Origin: Longimicrobiales bacterium
GTDB lineage: Bacteria; Gemmatimonadota; Gemmatimonadetes; Longimicrobiales; Gaopeijiaceae
Assembly (NCBI GenBank): GCA_965238005.1
Contig: OZ250165.1
Span: 1,760,001 to 1,824,000 of the forward strand
Length of the DNA: 64,000 nucleotides
Direction: 5' to 3'
Shown here: positions 10,143-20,820 of the stretch, piece by piece
Layout of the letters: every line of letters starts with the position of its first letter
How positions within the stretch are numbered: position 1 is the first letter of the stretch
Program-made: the position numbers and the translations under genes
Notes under the pieces: model-generated
The model's database searches: none
Told to the model about the DNA's origin: nothing
Seen by the model: the letters and a program-made list of their open reading frames with translations, nothing else

Positions 10143-11210
10143 ATGCGTGTATCGAACATGATCCAAGCCGTCGACACTCACGCGTGCGGTGAGCCCGGGC
10201 GTGTCATCGTCGGAGGTGTGCTGGACGTTCCTGGGGAGACCATGTTCGAGAAGATGGTCTACCTCCGGACCCAGGCCGACGACCTTCGCCTGCGGATGCT
10301 GAGGGAGCCCCGCGGTTACCCCGCCGCCAACTGTAATTTGATCCTGCCCCCGACCAGACCGGAGGCCGACGCCGGGTACGTGATCATGGAGCAGGTGGAA
10401 TATCCGGGCATGTCGGGCACCAACACCATCGCCGTCACCACCGTCCTCATCGAGACCGGCATGGTCGACGTCGAGGAGCCGATGACGGAGCTCGTGCTCG
10501 AGGCTCCGGCCGGACTGATCGGGGTGCGCGCCGAGGTACACAAGGGGAAGGTCAAGGCAGTGACCTTCGAGAACGTGCCCGCGTTCGCCGTGCATCTCGA
10601 CGCCCCCGTGGAAGTCCCCGAGCTCGGCACCGTAACGGTGGATGTGGCCTACGGCGGCATGTTCTACGTCATCGCCGATGCCGAGCCGCTGGGTCTCGCG
10701 TTGACCCCTGACGAGGCCGCCGATGCGGTGCGGGTGGGTGAGATGATCAAGGCCGCAACCCATGAGCAGCTCGACTGCATCCATCCGGACAACCCAGAGA
10801 TCCGAGGGGTGACCATCGCCCAGCTCTCCGCCCCGCCGCTCGGCCCGGATGCAGACCGGAGGAACACGGTGATCGTCTCCACCGGGAAGCTCGACTGGGA
10901 TCGCCCGTCGACCTGGAAGGGCGTTCTGGACCGCTCGCCGTGCGGCACAGGCACATGCGCCAAGATGGCCGCTCTGCACGCCAAGGGGGAGCTGCCGCTA
11001 GACCGGGATTTCCGGCATGAGGGCATTCTCGGCACGATCTTCACAGGCCGGCTCTTGAGGGAGACCAAGGTAGGAGAGTATCGAGCCGTGGTCCCGACAC
11101 TGACCGGAACCGCGTGGATCACCGGCTTCGCACAGTACGTGGTCGATCCGGAGGACCCGTTTCCCAACGGCTTCACCGTGGGCGACATCTGGAGCTCCCA
11201 GGACGAGTGA
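10143..11210 (+). CDS. Proline racemase / hydroxyproline epimerase family protein (Ser/Cys type)
   Basis: VDTHACGEPGRV, EPRG, GMSGTNTI, DVAYGG, DRSPCGTGT. Confidence 0.92.
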   Translation: MRVSNMIQAVDTHACGEPGRVIVGGVLDVPGETMFEKMVYLRTQADDLRLRMLREPRGYPAANCNLILPPTRPEADAGYVIMEQVEYPGMSGTNTIAVTTVLIETGMVDVEEPMTELVLEAPAGLIGVRAEVHKGKVKAVTFENVPAFAVHLDAPVEVPELGTVTVDVAYGGMFYVIADAEPLGLALTPDEAADAVRVGEMIKAATHEQLDCIHPDNPEIRGVTIAQLSAPPLGPDADRRNTVIVSTGKLDWDRPSTWKGVLDRSPCGTGTCAKMAALHAKGELPLDRDFRHEGILGTIFTGRLLRETKVGEYRAVVPTLTGTAWITGFAQYVVDPEDPFPNGFTVGDIWSSQDE

Positions 11211-11228
11211 CGGGGGAGGGGGGCGACC

Positions 11229-11633
11229 GTGATCTACCTCGTCCTGGCCGATCTGGTCCTTCTCCTCCACTTCGCGTTCCTCGTCTTCGTCACAGTGGGC
11301 GTGGCACTCGTGTTTCGCTGGTCGAGGCTGGCTTGGATCCACGTCCCCTGTGTCTTCTGGGGCGCGTGGATCGAATTTCGGGGGTGGATCTGTCCCCTCA
11401 CTCCCCTGGAGAATGGCCTCCGGAGGTTGGGTGGTGAGGCCCGATACCCAGGAGGCTTCATCGATCACTACCTGGGTCCGATCATCTACCCGTCCGGTCT
11501 GACCCATAGGACACAGTTGCTCCTCGGGATCGCTCTGGTCGTGTTCAACGTCGGGGCCTATGGGCTGATGGCCTGGCGCCGCCTGCGAGCCGCTGAGGGG
11601 GACCAGCTCGACCGGATCAGCCGAGAGTATTGA
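11229..11633 (+). CDS. DUF2784-like membrane protein
   Basis: LADLVLLLHFAF...WICPLTPLENGLR...GFIDHY. Confidence 0.8.
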   Translation: MIYLVLADLVLLLHFAFLVFVTVGVALVFRWSRLAWIHVPCVFWGAWIEFRGWICPLTPLENGLRRLGGEARYPGGFIDHYLGPIIYPSGLTHRTQLLLGIALVVFNVGAYGLMAWRRLRAAEGDQLDRISREY

Positions 11634-11738
11634 CCAGGATGGCCCCTTGAGCGTGGCCGGCGCCCCAGCGCGCCACCGCCTCTGCGGTGCCGAAGAAGCG
11701 AATCGAGTAAATTTCTCAACTACGAGAAAAGCCCAGGG

Positions 11739-13114
11739 GGTAGTGTCCCTAGATTTGTGTAAAAGCGGATAAGCTGGACAGGAGGGAAAGAAAAACGGAA
11801 GCTCCTCTGTTGTTGTTCACTGTCACATGAACCCGGGAGTCCGGGTCTGCAGAGCAGGCTCGGAACCGGAGAGGAGCTTCCGATGCAAGAGATTGTGGAG
11901 ATCGGTCGGGCCACGCAAGACGAGCTACGCGATGATTTGCGCGAGCTGTTTCAAGGCGCGATCCGGCTGACGCTCGAGATGGTGCTGGAAGAGGAGCTGA
12001 AGGCCATGGTAGGTGCACGCCGCTTCGAGCGGGTGGGAAGCCGGAAGGACCATAGGAACGGCACATACCTGAGGCGGCTGCTGACGAGCCTGGGGCAGAT
12101 CGAGGTCGCCATGCCCCGGAGCCGGGACAACGGTTCGCCGGCCGACGTGATCGGCCGCTACCAGCGCAGGAGCCCCGAGCTCGACGAGATGATGGTCGAG
12201 GCGTATGTGAGCGGCGTGTCACAGCGCAAGATGGGCGACGTCACCGAGGCGCTGATGGGCGAGCGTGTTGGGCGCTCGACGGTGAGTCGTGTGGCAAAAC
12301 GGCTCGACGAGGCCGTGGAAGGGCTGCGCCGTGCGCCGATCGAGGGGCCTCACCCCTATCTGTACCTGGACGCCACGTTCTTGGACGCCCGCTGGGCCCG
12401 CAAAGTCGAGAACGTGAGTGCGCTCGTGGCGTATGCAGTGGGCCCTGAGGGTCACCGACGGCTCCTGGCCGTCACGCTGGGCGCTGAGGAGTCGCAGCAG
12501 AGCTGGTCGGAGCTCCTCGAGCAACTCCAGGACCGCGGCCTCGGCGGTGTCGAGCTCGTGATCGCCGATGAGCACGCAGGCCTGGCAGCTGCGGTCCGCC
12601 GCTTCCTGCCCGAGGCACGCCGTCAGAGGTGTACGGTCCATCTGCAGCGTAATGTGGGGGCGAGGGTCCCCCACCGCCTACGCAAGCGCGTGGCGCGTGA
12701 GGTCTCGGTGATCTTCCAGACATCCGGACTCGCCGAGGCGAAGAAGCTCCTGGGCGAGTTCGGCGCACGCTGGAAGAAGGAGCTGCCCGAGGCCGTGGAG
12801 GTCCTGGAGCGGGGCTTCGGGGCAGCGACGCAGTTCTACGCGTTCCCCGAGGCGCACTGGCCCCGGCTGCGTACCACCAACAGCCTCGAGCGGCTGCACG
12901 GCGAGATCAAACGCAGGACCAAGGCCGCCGGCGCCTTCCCGGACCGGGCCAGCGCCCTCAGGCTCATCACGGCCGTCGCACTCAGGACCACACACGTCTG
13001 GGGCGACCGGCGTTACCTCGACCTGTCACTCCTCCAGAAACAGGAGGTCGCCCAAGCAGCCTAGCCGAAGGCGAGGAGCTTCCTCCGCTTTTACACACAA
13101 ATCGGGACTTGACC
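11739..13114 (+). mobile_element. IS256-family insertion sequence, intact
   Basis: Imperfect terminal IRs (GGTAGTGTCCCTAGATTTGTGTAAAAGCGGA / GGTCAAGTCCCGATTTGTGTGTAAAAGCGGA); 8-bp target duplication GCCCAGGG at 11731-11738 and 13115-13122. Confidence 0.95.
11883..13064 (+). CDS. IS256 family transposase
   Basis: YLYLDA, QRCTVH, RTTNSLERLHGEIKRRT. Confidence 0.95.
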   Translation: MQEIVEIGRATQDELRDDLRELFQGAIRLTLEMVLEEELKAMVGARRFERVGSRKDHRNGTYLRRLLTSLGQIEVAMPRSRDNGSPADVIGRYQRRSPELDEMMVEAYVSGVSQRKMGDVTEALMGERVGRSTVSRVAKRLDEAVEGLRRAPIEGPHPYLYLDATFLDARWARKVENVSALVAYAVGPEGHRRLLAVTLGAEESQQSWSELLEQLQDRGLGGVELVIADEHAGLAAAVRRFLPEARRQRCTVHLQRNVGARVPHRLRKRVAREVSVIFQTSGLAEAKKLLGEFGARWKKELPEAVEVLERGFGAATQFYAFPEAHWPRLRTTNSLERLHGEIKRRTKAAGAFPDRASALRLITAVALRTTHVWGDRRYLDLSLLQKQEVAQAA

Positions 13115-13603
13115 GCCCAGGGATCACACTATCAAACGGCGGACCCCAGCCACACTCTCCCCACGCCATCCCCAGCCCGCCAGGCCGGAGCCCACGGCCC
13201 GATCATCTCCCCGACTTTATGACAACCGTTACCAAGGGATTGGATAGGTCATCCAACATGAACGCGCGGGGTGCGCTCAAGGTTCCCGCCGGTTTCTGAA
13301 CGTCAGCCGCTTGGATGTCGAACCACCATCGCAAAGTCGTGACGTTGACGGCGATATGACGCCCCAAAAAGGCCCTCTCGTGGTACGGTGAGGATGGAGC
13401 GGACGGGAGCGGGGTCGGTGACGAAGGGGTAACGTGTTCCGCACCGATCGCTTTCCGGTGGCCCATAGAGCGCCGCTCTGTGCATCACTGCGTCAGATGG
13501 GTCCGAAACCGCGCGAGGGCCGGTCCGCCGACTCAGTCCCTTGCTCTTTCCCCATTTTGTCCCGGTATTTGTTGGACGGTCGTTCCCAGCAAAAAGAGAG
13601 GCT

Positions 13604-15589
13604 ATGGACCAGTCCAGGGAGAATGCCGAAACGCAAGACACATCGGCGATGGGGGCCAGAACGTCGGTTCTTCGCTGGCCACCTCCAGGGCTGGAACGAC
13701 TACAGGGCGACGTCTGGAACGTAGTTCGTAGCGGCACCCTTGCCGCACTGATCCTGGTCTTCCCGCTTCTTCTCTCCATCTCACTGAGGCAGGACTTCTG
13801 GAGTCTGGGCCCACTCGGCAGCGCCTGGTGGGTCATCCTCATCACTACCGGCGTGGGTATGGGTCTGTTTCTGGAGACGTTCGTCACGCTCATGCGCCTT
13901 CTCCGGCGTGCCAGCAAAGCCGTCGACAGGGGGTATCAATGGCGCATTGTGGCGCAGGTAGCCTGTGATGAACGTCGTGACACGGGTTTTCTCCTTCAGG
14001 GAGCCAGGTGGTACTCCGTCCTCGAGGAGGAGCAACAGAGCAGGGTAGCCGGACTGCGACTGATGGGCGCGGCCGTACAGGTGGCGTCCATCTTGTGGCT
14101 CGCGGCCGGCTTCGCGGTCTCGGTGCTCCTGGCGGCACAGGGGACCTTCACAGCGACCGGCGTAATCGTTTTCACTCTGGGCCCGGCCGCCGTATGCCTC
14201 CTCGTCGCCCTCCTGGCGAGGGCGGCCGAGGGGAACCTGGTTCGACGGGCCCGCAGGGAGTGGTTCAGCCAGCCGTGGGCGGAGCAGCTGGAGGTCAGCG
14301 AGGTGGAGGAATGGCAGAACCGTCTGGCGGGAGACCGTGGATCGAGCGCGCCGCACATTCCATCGACGCGCAATGCGAGGGTCCTCCGGCTGTCAGCCAT
14401 GGGAGTGGGCGTTCTGGGCGTCTTGGCTTTGCTGCCTCCCTTCACCCTGGCCCCCACGTCGGCCCTCGGGCCTATCATGGCCTCGGGAGCGATCCCACGG
14501 TTCGCTCAGACGCAGGAGAGGGCTGCCAGAGCGGAGGCGTATCGCCCGTATCGAGTCTCTGAAGATCCTGCCATCGGCGCCGTGGAGGCGGGCCAGCTCC
14601 TTCAGACCCTCATGTATGTCGGTCGCGGGGAGGGTACCGTGCTGGGCGAGGTGCCACCGCCCAAGCGCTACTTCGAGCCCTGGTTCCCACTGCTCGACCG
14701 CACCGGGGGACCCACGGGCGTCGATCCGAGACGTTGGGGGAAGGACCTGCTGCCGCGAGCCCGCACCTTGTCGCCGGATGAAGTCGAGTTTCTGGCCGGT
14801 ATCGCGTCGCATGAAGCGCACAGGGACTTCTCACGCCTCGCGTCTGCGCCTGAGCTCGACGTCATGGCTGGGCGCTGGAAGATTCCGTTCGAGGATGTGG
14901 GAATCGCCACCCTCCCGGTACCGCGTTTCAACCATCTCACCCAGGGAGCCCACGCCCATTTGGGGAAGGCCATTCACGAGCTCGCCCTCGGGGACGAATC
15001 TCGCGCCGACGCGACGATTCGGGAAGTACTCTCAGTGGGCTTTCTCATCGCCGGCGACGGACCCACGCTCATCGACAACCTGATCGGCTTCGCGCTGGTG
15101 AATCTGGGAGCAACAGCCCTCGAGACCTTCTACGAGACGACAGCGCGGTCCACGGACCTGGCGGCGTTGCGCCAGGCTCGTGACGCCGCCCTGCGGGCCG
15201 CCCACATGCTGACGCAAGAGCGATCCGAGACCCTGGAGAGCACGCTGGCCGAGCTTCCGGCGATCGCGGCGAGCCCCGTGGCCCTAAGGGGTCTCCGATG
15301 GGAGTTCTTCACCCTGACCAACACCATCGCGCCCTGCATCAACCTGAACCGGATCGTGTTCGGGCCCGACGCGGACTACGCCCGATGGGTGGAAGAGGTG
15401 AGACGGTCCCTCGTCAGGTGGCCCTCGGAGGAGGCTCTTTTCGACCTGGCCCTGGACGGATACTTCGGGGCTCCCTCGGATCCGGGCAGCTCCACCCTCC
15501 TCGGCCGGACGCTGGGCGTCGCCATGGGCGGATCGGACGCCCCCGGCAGCTGCTCGGCCGTCTTCCGACGACTCAGTACGGGCCGGTAG
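13604..15589 (+). CDS. Hypothetical multi-pass membrane protein with large soluble C-terminal domain
   Basis: Long ORF with about 5 TM segments; GAGAGG RBS before ATG 13604. Confidence 0.7.
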   Translation: MDQSRENAETQDTSAMGARTSVLRWPPPGLERLQGDVWNVVRSGTLAALILVFPLLLSISLRQDFWSLGPLGSAWWVILITTGVGMGLFLETFVTLMRLLRRASKAVDRGYQWRIVAQVACDERRDTGFLLQGARWYSVLEEEQQSRVAGLRLMGAAVQVASILWLAAGFAVSVLLAAQGTFTATGVIVFTLGPAAVCLLVALLARAAEGNLVRRARREWFSQPWAEQLEVSEVEEWQNRLAGDRGSSAPHIPSTRNARVLRLSAMGVGVLGVLALLPPFTLAPTSALGPIMASGAIPRFAQTQERAARAEAYRPYRVSEDPAIGAVEAGQLLQTLMYVGRGEGTVLGEVPPPKRYFEPWFPLLDRTGGPTGVDPRRWGKDLLPRARTLSPDEVEFLAGIASHEAHRDFSRLASAPELDVMAGRWKIPFEDVGIATLPVPRFNHLTQGAHAHLGKAIHELALGDESRADATIREVLSVGFLIAGDGPTLIDNLIGFALVNLGATALETFYETTARSTDLAALRQARDAALRAAHMLTQERSETLESTLAELPAIAASPVALRGLRWEFFTLTNTIAPCINLNRIVFGPDADYARWVEEVRRSLVRWPSEEALFDLALDGYFGAPSDPGSSTLLGRTLGVAMGGSDAPGSCSAVFRRLSTGR

Positions 15590-15672
15590 CTTCCCGTCGC
15601 TCGGCTTGATGGGAGGGACACTAAGGCCGCAGATTGACGTTGCGTACCAGCATGTCTTGGTGAGGGTCGTCC

Positions 15673-16071
15673 ATGCTGGAGTCTGCCGGCAAAATCGGAA
15701 CTCAGCTCGCCGTTCTCTTCGCGGTGGCGTGTGGGGGGTCATACGGGTCGACGGTCATGCAGGTAGCAGGCTCCTACGATGGGCAGTGGCTGGTGGAGGG
15801 AAGCGACATCTCGGGGATTCTGGACATCGCACAGACCGGCACCGAGCTGCTGGCCACTTTCAATGCCGTCAGCATCGGCCTCGCAGCACAGGGCTCGGGG
15901 ACGATCGGCGATGATCGAATCGAGCTTACCTTGAGCTACAGTTTCCAGTGCCCCGGCACGGCGGTCATGAGGGGCCGCATCACGGCGGAGAACATGCGCT
16001 ATACGGGCGACATCACTGCCTCCGACTGCACCGGCGAGGCGATCGGCACATTCTCCTTCGTCCCTCGTTAG
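15673..16071 (+). CDS. Putative lipoprotein
   Basis: Hydrophobic stretch ending AVAC, followed by a beta-rich domain. Confidence 0.6.
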   Translation: MLESAGKIGTQLAVLFAVACGGSYGSTVMQVAGSYDGQWLVEGSDISGILDIAQTGTELLATFNAVSIGLAAQGSGTIGDDRIELTLSYSFQCPGTAVMRGRITAENMRYTGDITASDCTGEAIGTFSFVPR

Positions 16072-16163
16072 AAGGCTGTTGAAGAGGTACAGTGGGCCGC
16101 GTTGCGGACCTACCACGGTCTGTTAGGTTCCACCAGGTTCGGGCCGGGAAAGGGCCGGCTCCA

Positions 16164-16239
<76 letters not shown>

Positions 16240-16333
16240 GACCTAACACATTATAGGACAATTAGTTAGCGGTTAGGGCTTGTGCAGTAGGCCCATAAAC
16301 AGTAACGTCTAACAGTAACAAGGAGACGCTGCT

Positions 16334-17428
16334 GTGCCCAAGCTCTATACCCGCAATCAGGGCGGAAATCTCCGCTATTATGCCGACCTCCGAGACATCG
16401 GTGGCGGCCAAGTGGCACTCAAGCCTCCTGGCGCGAGTCGCGCCACCACCGACGAGATCGAGGCCCACAAGCTCCTCGCCGCCAAGATCGAACATATCCA
16501 GGGCACGGTGCCAGCGACTGGCTCTGCTCGCCTCAAACCATTCGTGGATGAGTTCATTCGCCAGAATCCCGGCGAGGTGACGGAGCAGTGGATTCACGAC
16601 ACTGAGCTACGCCTGCTCAAGGCCGTCGCGTACTTCGGTGCGGATCGTGACCTGATCACCATCGAGCCCAAGCACATCCGTGAGTGGTTGAACAAGAAGC
16701 TCGCTCATCTCGCCAACGGCACCCAGCGTCATTATCTGCATGCGCTCTCAGGGCTCTACCGTTACGCCCAGGAGCTTGGAGTCGTGCCCGTGGGGTACAA
16801 CCCTGTCGGCGGCCTCTATCGCAAGCCACCCATCGGTAAGAAGCGCCAGCGCACGGATGAGTTCTACGAGATCGATGAGGCTGCCGGATTCCTCGACGCT
16901 GCTCGACGGCTCGATCTACACCACCCGCTGATCGCCACCTACCTGCTCACAGGTGGACGCAGACGAGAGATCCTTGGGCTGCTGGTGGGCGATATCGACT
17001 TCGAGAACGAGCTGGCTCGCATCCAGCCCAACCGGTATCGCGGGCTCAAGCGAGTGTGGAGTGAGCGAGCCGTGCCGCTGTGGCCACAGCTTGAGGAGAT
17101 TCTCGGGCTCTACCTGAAGGGGCTAGACCGATCAGGAGATGAGCTTCTATTCCCCAGCCGAACGGGGGAGATGATCACGGATCTTCGGAAGCCCATGGGC
17201 ATCATTGCTGCTGAGGCAGGAATGCCTGAGCCACGACTCACCAAGTTCCGCCACACCTACGCCACGGCACGCCTGCAGACCACAGATGGCGGCAAGCAGA
17301 TTGCGCTCTGGACTGTGGCCAAGGAACTGGGGCACAAGAATGTGTCGCGGGTGGAGGACACGTATGGCCACCCGAGCCACTACAGGCCACGAGGCGAAGT
17401 GGTGGAGTACTGGATCGATCAGGAGTAG
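16334..17428 (+). CDS. Tyrosine recombinase / integrase
   Basis: TGGRRREIL (R), GLK, TKFRHTY (HxxR with His replaced by Thr), LGH, DTYGH (Y); adjacent to attL. Confidence 0.93.
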   Translation: MPKLYTRNQGGNLRYYADLRDIGGGQVALKPPGASRATTDEIEAHKLLAAKIEHIQGTVPATGSARLKPFVDEFIRQNPGEVTEQWIHDTELRLLKAVAYFGADRDLITIEPKHIREWLNKKLAHLANGTQRHYLHALSGLYRYAQELGVVPVGYNPVGGLYRKPPIGKKRQRTDEFYEIDEAAGFLDAARRLDLHHPLIATYLLTGGRRREILGLLVGDIDFENELARIQPNRYRGLKRVWSERAVPLWPQLEEILGLYLKGLDRSGDELLFPSRTGEMITDLRKPMGIIAAEAGMPEPRLTKFRHTYATARLQTTDGGKQIALWTVAKELGHKNVSRVEDTYGHPSHYRPRGEVVEYWIDQE

Positions 17429-17480
17429 AGCAGGGGACGACTGCGAAGTATGCGAAGTCTGATCCCCCTCCTCAAATCCC

Positions 17481-18939
17481 GAAGCTGTCCCAACCGTAGT
17501 TGAAGGTTCCTGATAGGGGAGAAAGAAAAGTGGTGGCTCCGGGGGTCCCGGGCCGATAGGCTCGGGTAGGCAAAAACCCCAACACGGAGCCACCACGATG
17601 AAGAGAACGTACGAGGTAAGGGATCGGGCGGACAAGCGCGCGATCAGGGAGTTCCTGAAGCGGGAGGGGCAGTTTCTGCTTCCGATGCTTGAGCTCGTGG
17701 AGCAGACGGAGGTCGCGATCGACGAAGTCATCCAGGTGATGGGACGAGCGACGATCGAAGCGGTGCTGGAGATGAGCGCCGAGGGTGTGGCAGGCGTGAA
17801 GCAGGCAGGTCGGTCACGAGCGGAAGACGACACGGTGTGGTATGGCCGGCAGGGTGGTGTGGTTTACCTGTCGGACCGGAAGGTGCGTGTGGAGCGGCCA
17901 CGGCTCAGGCGCCGGGGCGCCGGGGAGGGTGGCGAGGTCGAGGTGCCGGCGTACGCAGCGATGCGGAGACCGGGCGCCGTGGCGGATCGGATGCTCGAGG
18001 TCCTGATGGCGGGGGTGAGCACGCGGAAGTACGGCCGTGTGATCGGTGAGATGGCCGACACGGTCGGGGTGAGCAAGTCGGCGGTGAGCCGTGAGACGGT
18101 CGAGGCCTCGGAGCGCGTGCTGAAGGAGCTGATGGAGCGCCGGCTGGATGCGTGGGACCTCCTGGTGATCTACCTGGACGGGATCCAGATGGGCTCGCAC
18201 CCTTGCTGGTAGTGTCCCTAGATTTGGACTCAGACGGAAAGAAGCACGTGCTGGGCGTGAGGGAAGGAGCGAGTGAGAACGCCGAGGTGACCAGCGCGCT
18301 CCTAGAGGATCTGGTCGAGCGCGGCCTGGACCCGGGCAGGCGGCGGCTGTTCGTGATCGATGGCTCGAAAGCGCTCAGGAAGGCGATCGAGAAGGTGTTC
18401 GGCCAACGTCACCCCATCCAGCGCTGCCGCAACCACAAGCTCCGCAACGTGCTGGGTCATCTGCCGAAGGATCAGCATCCTCAGGTGAAGGCGGCGTTCC
18501 GGGCGGCGATGAAGCTGGACGCGAAGCAGGGCGAGCAGAAGCTCGAGCAGCTCGCCCGATGGCTCGAGCGCGACCACCCCTCGGCCTCGGCCAGCCTACG
18601 CGAAGGCCTCAGCGAGATGTTCACGATCAACCGGCTCGGCCTCCCGCCGCGGCTGAGGAAGTGCCTGGGCTCGACCAACCTGATCGACAGCACCCACTCG
18701 GGCGTAAGACAGAAGACCCGCAGGGTGACCAACTGGAAGAACGGAGCGATGGCCTTGCGCTGGGCCGCGGCCTCGTTCGTGGAGACCGAGAAGAGCTACC
18801 GGAGGATCATCGGCTACGACCAGCTCTGGATGCTCAGGGCCCACCTCGACGACCATGAACCGGTTGCCGAAATGAGAAAGGCAGGCTAACAAGGAGACTC
18901 TCCGGAGCCACCACCTTCAACTGTCAGCGGGACACCATC
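17481..18939 (+). mobile_element. Second IS256-family element, transposase frameshifted
   Basis: IRs GAAGCTGTCCCAACCGTAGTTGAAGG / GATGGTGTCCCGCTGACAGTTGAAGG; 8-bp TSD CAAATCCC at 17473-17480 and 18940-18947. Confidence 0.92.
17598..18889 (+). pseudogene. IS256 transposase, frameshift near 18200
   Basis: Two overlapping ORFs (17598-18212, 18152-18889) with YLDG, IDG, QRCRNHK and STNLIDS motifs. Confidence 0.88.
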
Positions 18940-19062
18940 CAAATCCCGCCGATGCCCCCCAATTGAGCCTCATACGCACCCTTTAGATATTGATACCCTT
19001 GCGAGGCTACATGGACGACTGAAAAGAATGTTCAGCGGATAATGTTCGGGAATTGTAGAGGC

Positions 19063-19193
19063 GGGCATATCAGCCCCACCGGAGAGGTGACGTAGTGGAG
19101 TATCGAGTGGATCAAGAGTAGAGCGGGGGAGGAGTGCGAGAGTCACTCGTGGCCTTCGCAGTGGCCCGATGCCCCCCAATAGAGTCTCATATC
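19063..19193 (+). pseudogene. Remnant 3' end of a second, related integrase gene plus its downstream sequence
   Basis: Encodes HRRGDVVEYRVDQE* versus RPRGEVVEYWIDQE* of the intact integrase; downstream CCGATGCCCCC..AAT.GAG.CTCATA is also shared. Confidence 0.7.
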
Positions 19194-19218
19194 CTATGGA
19201 TGTTAGAAACTACCCTAG

Positions 19219-20820
19219 GAGTCTGCGCCGCAGAAGCACAGCTGACTGAGCCGAATGGTCATCGAGCCGTCCGCGGCGAGGCGGATCCGGGTGATTGGGA
19301 GGTTGAGGACTTGTGTCTGCGACGGATCGGGAGAGCGGAATGGATGCGTTGGGGGGGGCAAGAGAGCTACGAGAGCCCTCGCGCCGGCAGATGCGGGTGA
19401 ACCCTCGTGCAGTCATGCCGCCTGAAGGGTGTGCAGCCGCTTCACATTGAGTGCCAGGCACACGAGGGTCCACTCGGCCCGGACCTTCTCGAGGCCCCGG
19501 AAGCTGAATCGTCGAAAGCCCATCACTTCCTTGATCCAGCCGATGGGCGCCTCGGCCTGCGACTTTCGCCGTGCGTAGCGTCTGCGGCCATCTTCGCTCG
19601 CCAGCTTCTCCGCCATGCGGACTTTCGCCGGATATTCCTCCTTGTCAACCGTGGGGGCGGCCTTGCCCTCCCGGGCCAGCGCCACATACCCGTCGATGTC
19701 TCGCTCTTCCAGTTCCTCGAGATCCCGCTCGTTGCAATAGCCCGTGTCCGCCAGCACCTGCGCCGGCGTCTCGCCGTACGCTTGCGCCACCGCGTCGACC
19801 ATGGGCACCAGCTGGCCCTGGTCGCTCGCGTTGTCCGTCACCTCGGCCCCGACCACCAGCTGGTTCTCCCCCTCCACGACCGTCTGTGCGTTGTAGCACT
19901 GCTGGAACCCCTCCGAACTCGTCTTCATGATCCGGCTCTCAGGGTCCGTGAAGTTGCTCTGCGCCGCCTCGTCCGGCTCTCCGTACTCCCGCTTGTAGGG
20001 CCTGCCGCCCTTCGGGTTGCGCGTCTGCCCCGGCTTGCGGCCCCGTGCGTCGTCCGCCGCTCTCTGCTCGGCTTCCAGGCGCGCCTTCGCCTCCCGGATC
20101 GCCGCCAGCCGGTCCTCGCGCCGCTTGAGCTCCTCCGGCACCTCGTCTCCGCATGCTTCCTCGCCGTAGCGCTCGTCTTCCGCTTCGTCCACCGCCTCGG
20201 CCCTCTCCAACAGCCCCCGGATCTCCGCCTCCAGCCGAGGCTCCCCGGTCACCATCCGGCCGTAGCTCATCGCCTTGCGCTTGTTCGCGTTCGCCCGAAC
20301 CTTCGTCCCGTCCACCGACACCCTGCCAAGCCCCGCCAGCCCCAAGGCCCGCGCGAGCATCACCACCTCCACAAACACCGCCCGGAAATCCCCGAGATGG
20401 CGCTTGCGGAACTCGCACAGCGTCCGGTGCTTCGGGAAGTTCTCCGCCGCCAGCATCCGAAACGCGACATCCTCCTCCAGCTTCCTCGCCATCTTCCGCG
20501 ACGAGAAGGTGCCCGTCGCATACGCGTAGATCAGCACCTTGACCATCATCCGAGGGTCGTACGGCGAGTTGCGCCGCCCGTCCCCCCGGTACCGCCCGTA
20601 GAACGCGCTCAGCTCCACCGCGTCCACCAGGTCGCTCACATGGTGCGCCAAATGACCCTCCGACACCCACTCCCGAAGATCCGGAGGCAGCAACAACATC
20701 TGCTCCGGATCGTACGGTCGAAATGTCGTTCCCATTCACCCCCCTCGGTGATCCGCAAGCCTTCCCAATGCCTTCGCTACCACCAAAGATAGCCGCCGCA
20801 GGGTTCTGCGGCGCAGACTC
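19219..20820 (-). mobile_element. IS1182-family element, copy 1
   Basis: 17-bp IR GAGTCTGCGCCGCAGAA; CTAG duplicated on both sides. Confidence 0.95.
19413..20735 (-). CDS. IS1182 family transposase
   Basis: YDPRMMVKVLIYAY, SSRKMA, VDGTK, TDPESRIMK, QCYNAQ, ADTGY. Confidence 0.93.
   Translation of the reverse strand: MGTTFRPYDPEQMLLLPPDLREWVSEGHLAHHVSDLVDAVELSAFYGRYRGDGRRNSPYDPRMMVKVLIYAYATGTFSSRKMARKLEEDVAFRMLAAENFPKHRTLCEFRKRHLGDFRAVFVEVVMLARALGLAGLGRVSVDGTKVRANANKRKAMSYGRMVTGEPRLEAEIRGLLERAEAVDEAEDERYGEEACGDEVPEELKRREDRLAAIREAKARLEAEQRAADDARGRKPGQTRNPKGGRPYKREYGEPDEAAQSNFTDPESRIMKTSSEGFQQCYNAQTVVEGENQLVVGAEVTDNASDQGQLVPMVDAVAQAYGETPAQVLADTGYCNERDLEELEERDIDGYVALAREGKAAPTVDKEEYPAKVRMAEKLASEDGRRRYARRKSQAEAPIGWIKEVMGFRRFSFRGLEKVRAEWTLVCLALNVKRLHTLQAA

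Noticed and set aside
2500..11700. Integron cassette array
   Set aside because: No repeated attC-like sites, mixed gene orientation, and the integrase lacks integron context.
19407..20792. 461-aa antisense ORF on each IS1182 copy, and other long shadow ORFs (41767-43506, 51435-53252, 60463-61962)
   Set aside because: They overlap well-supported genes on the opposite strand, have no motifs, and are expected in high-GC DNA.
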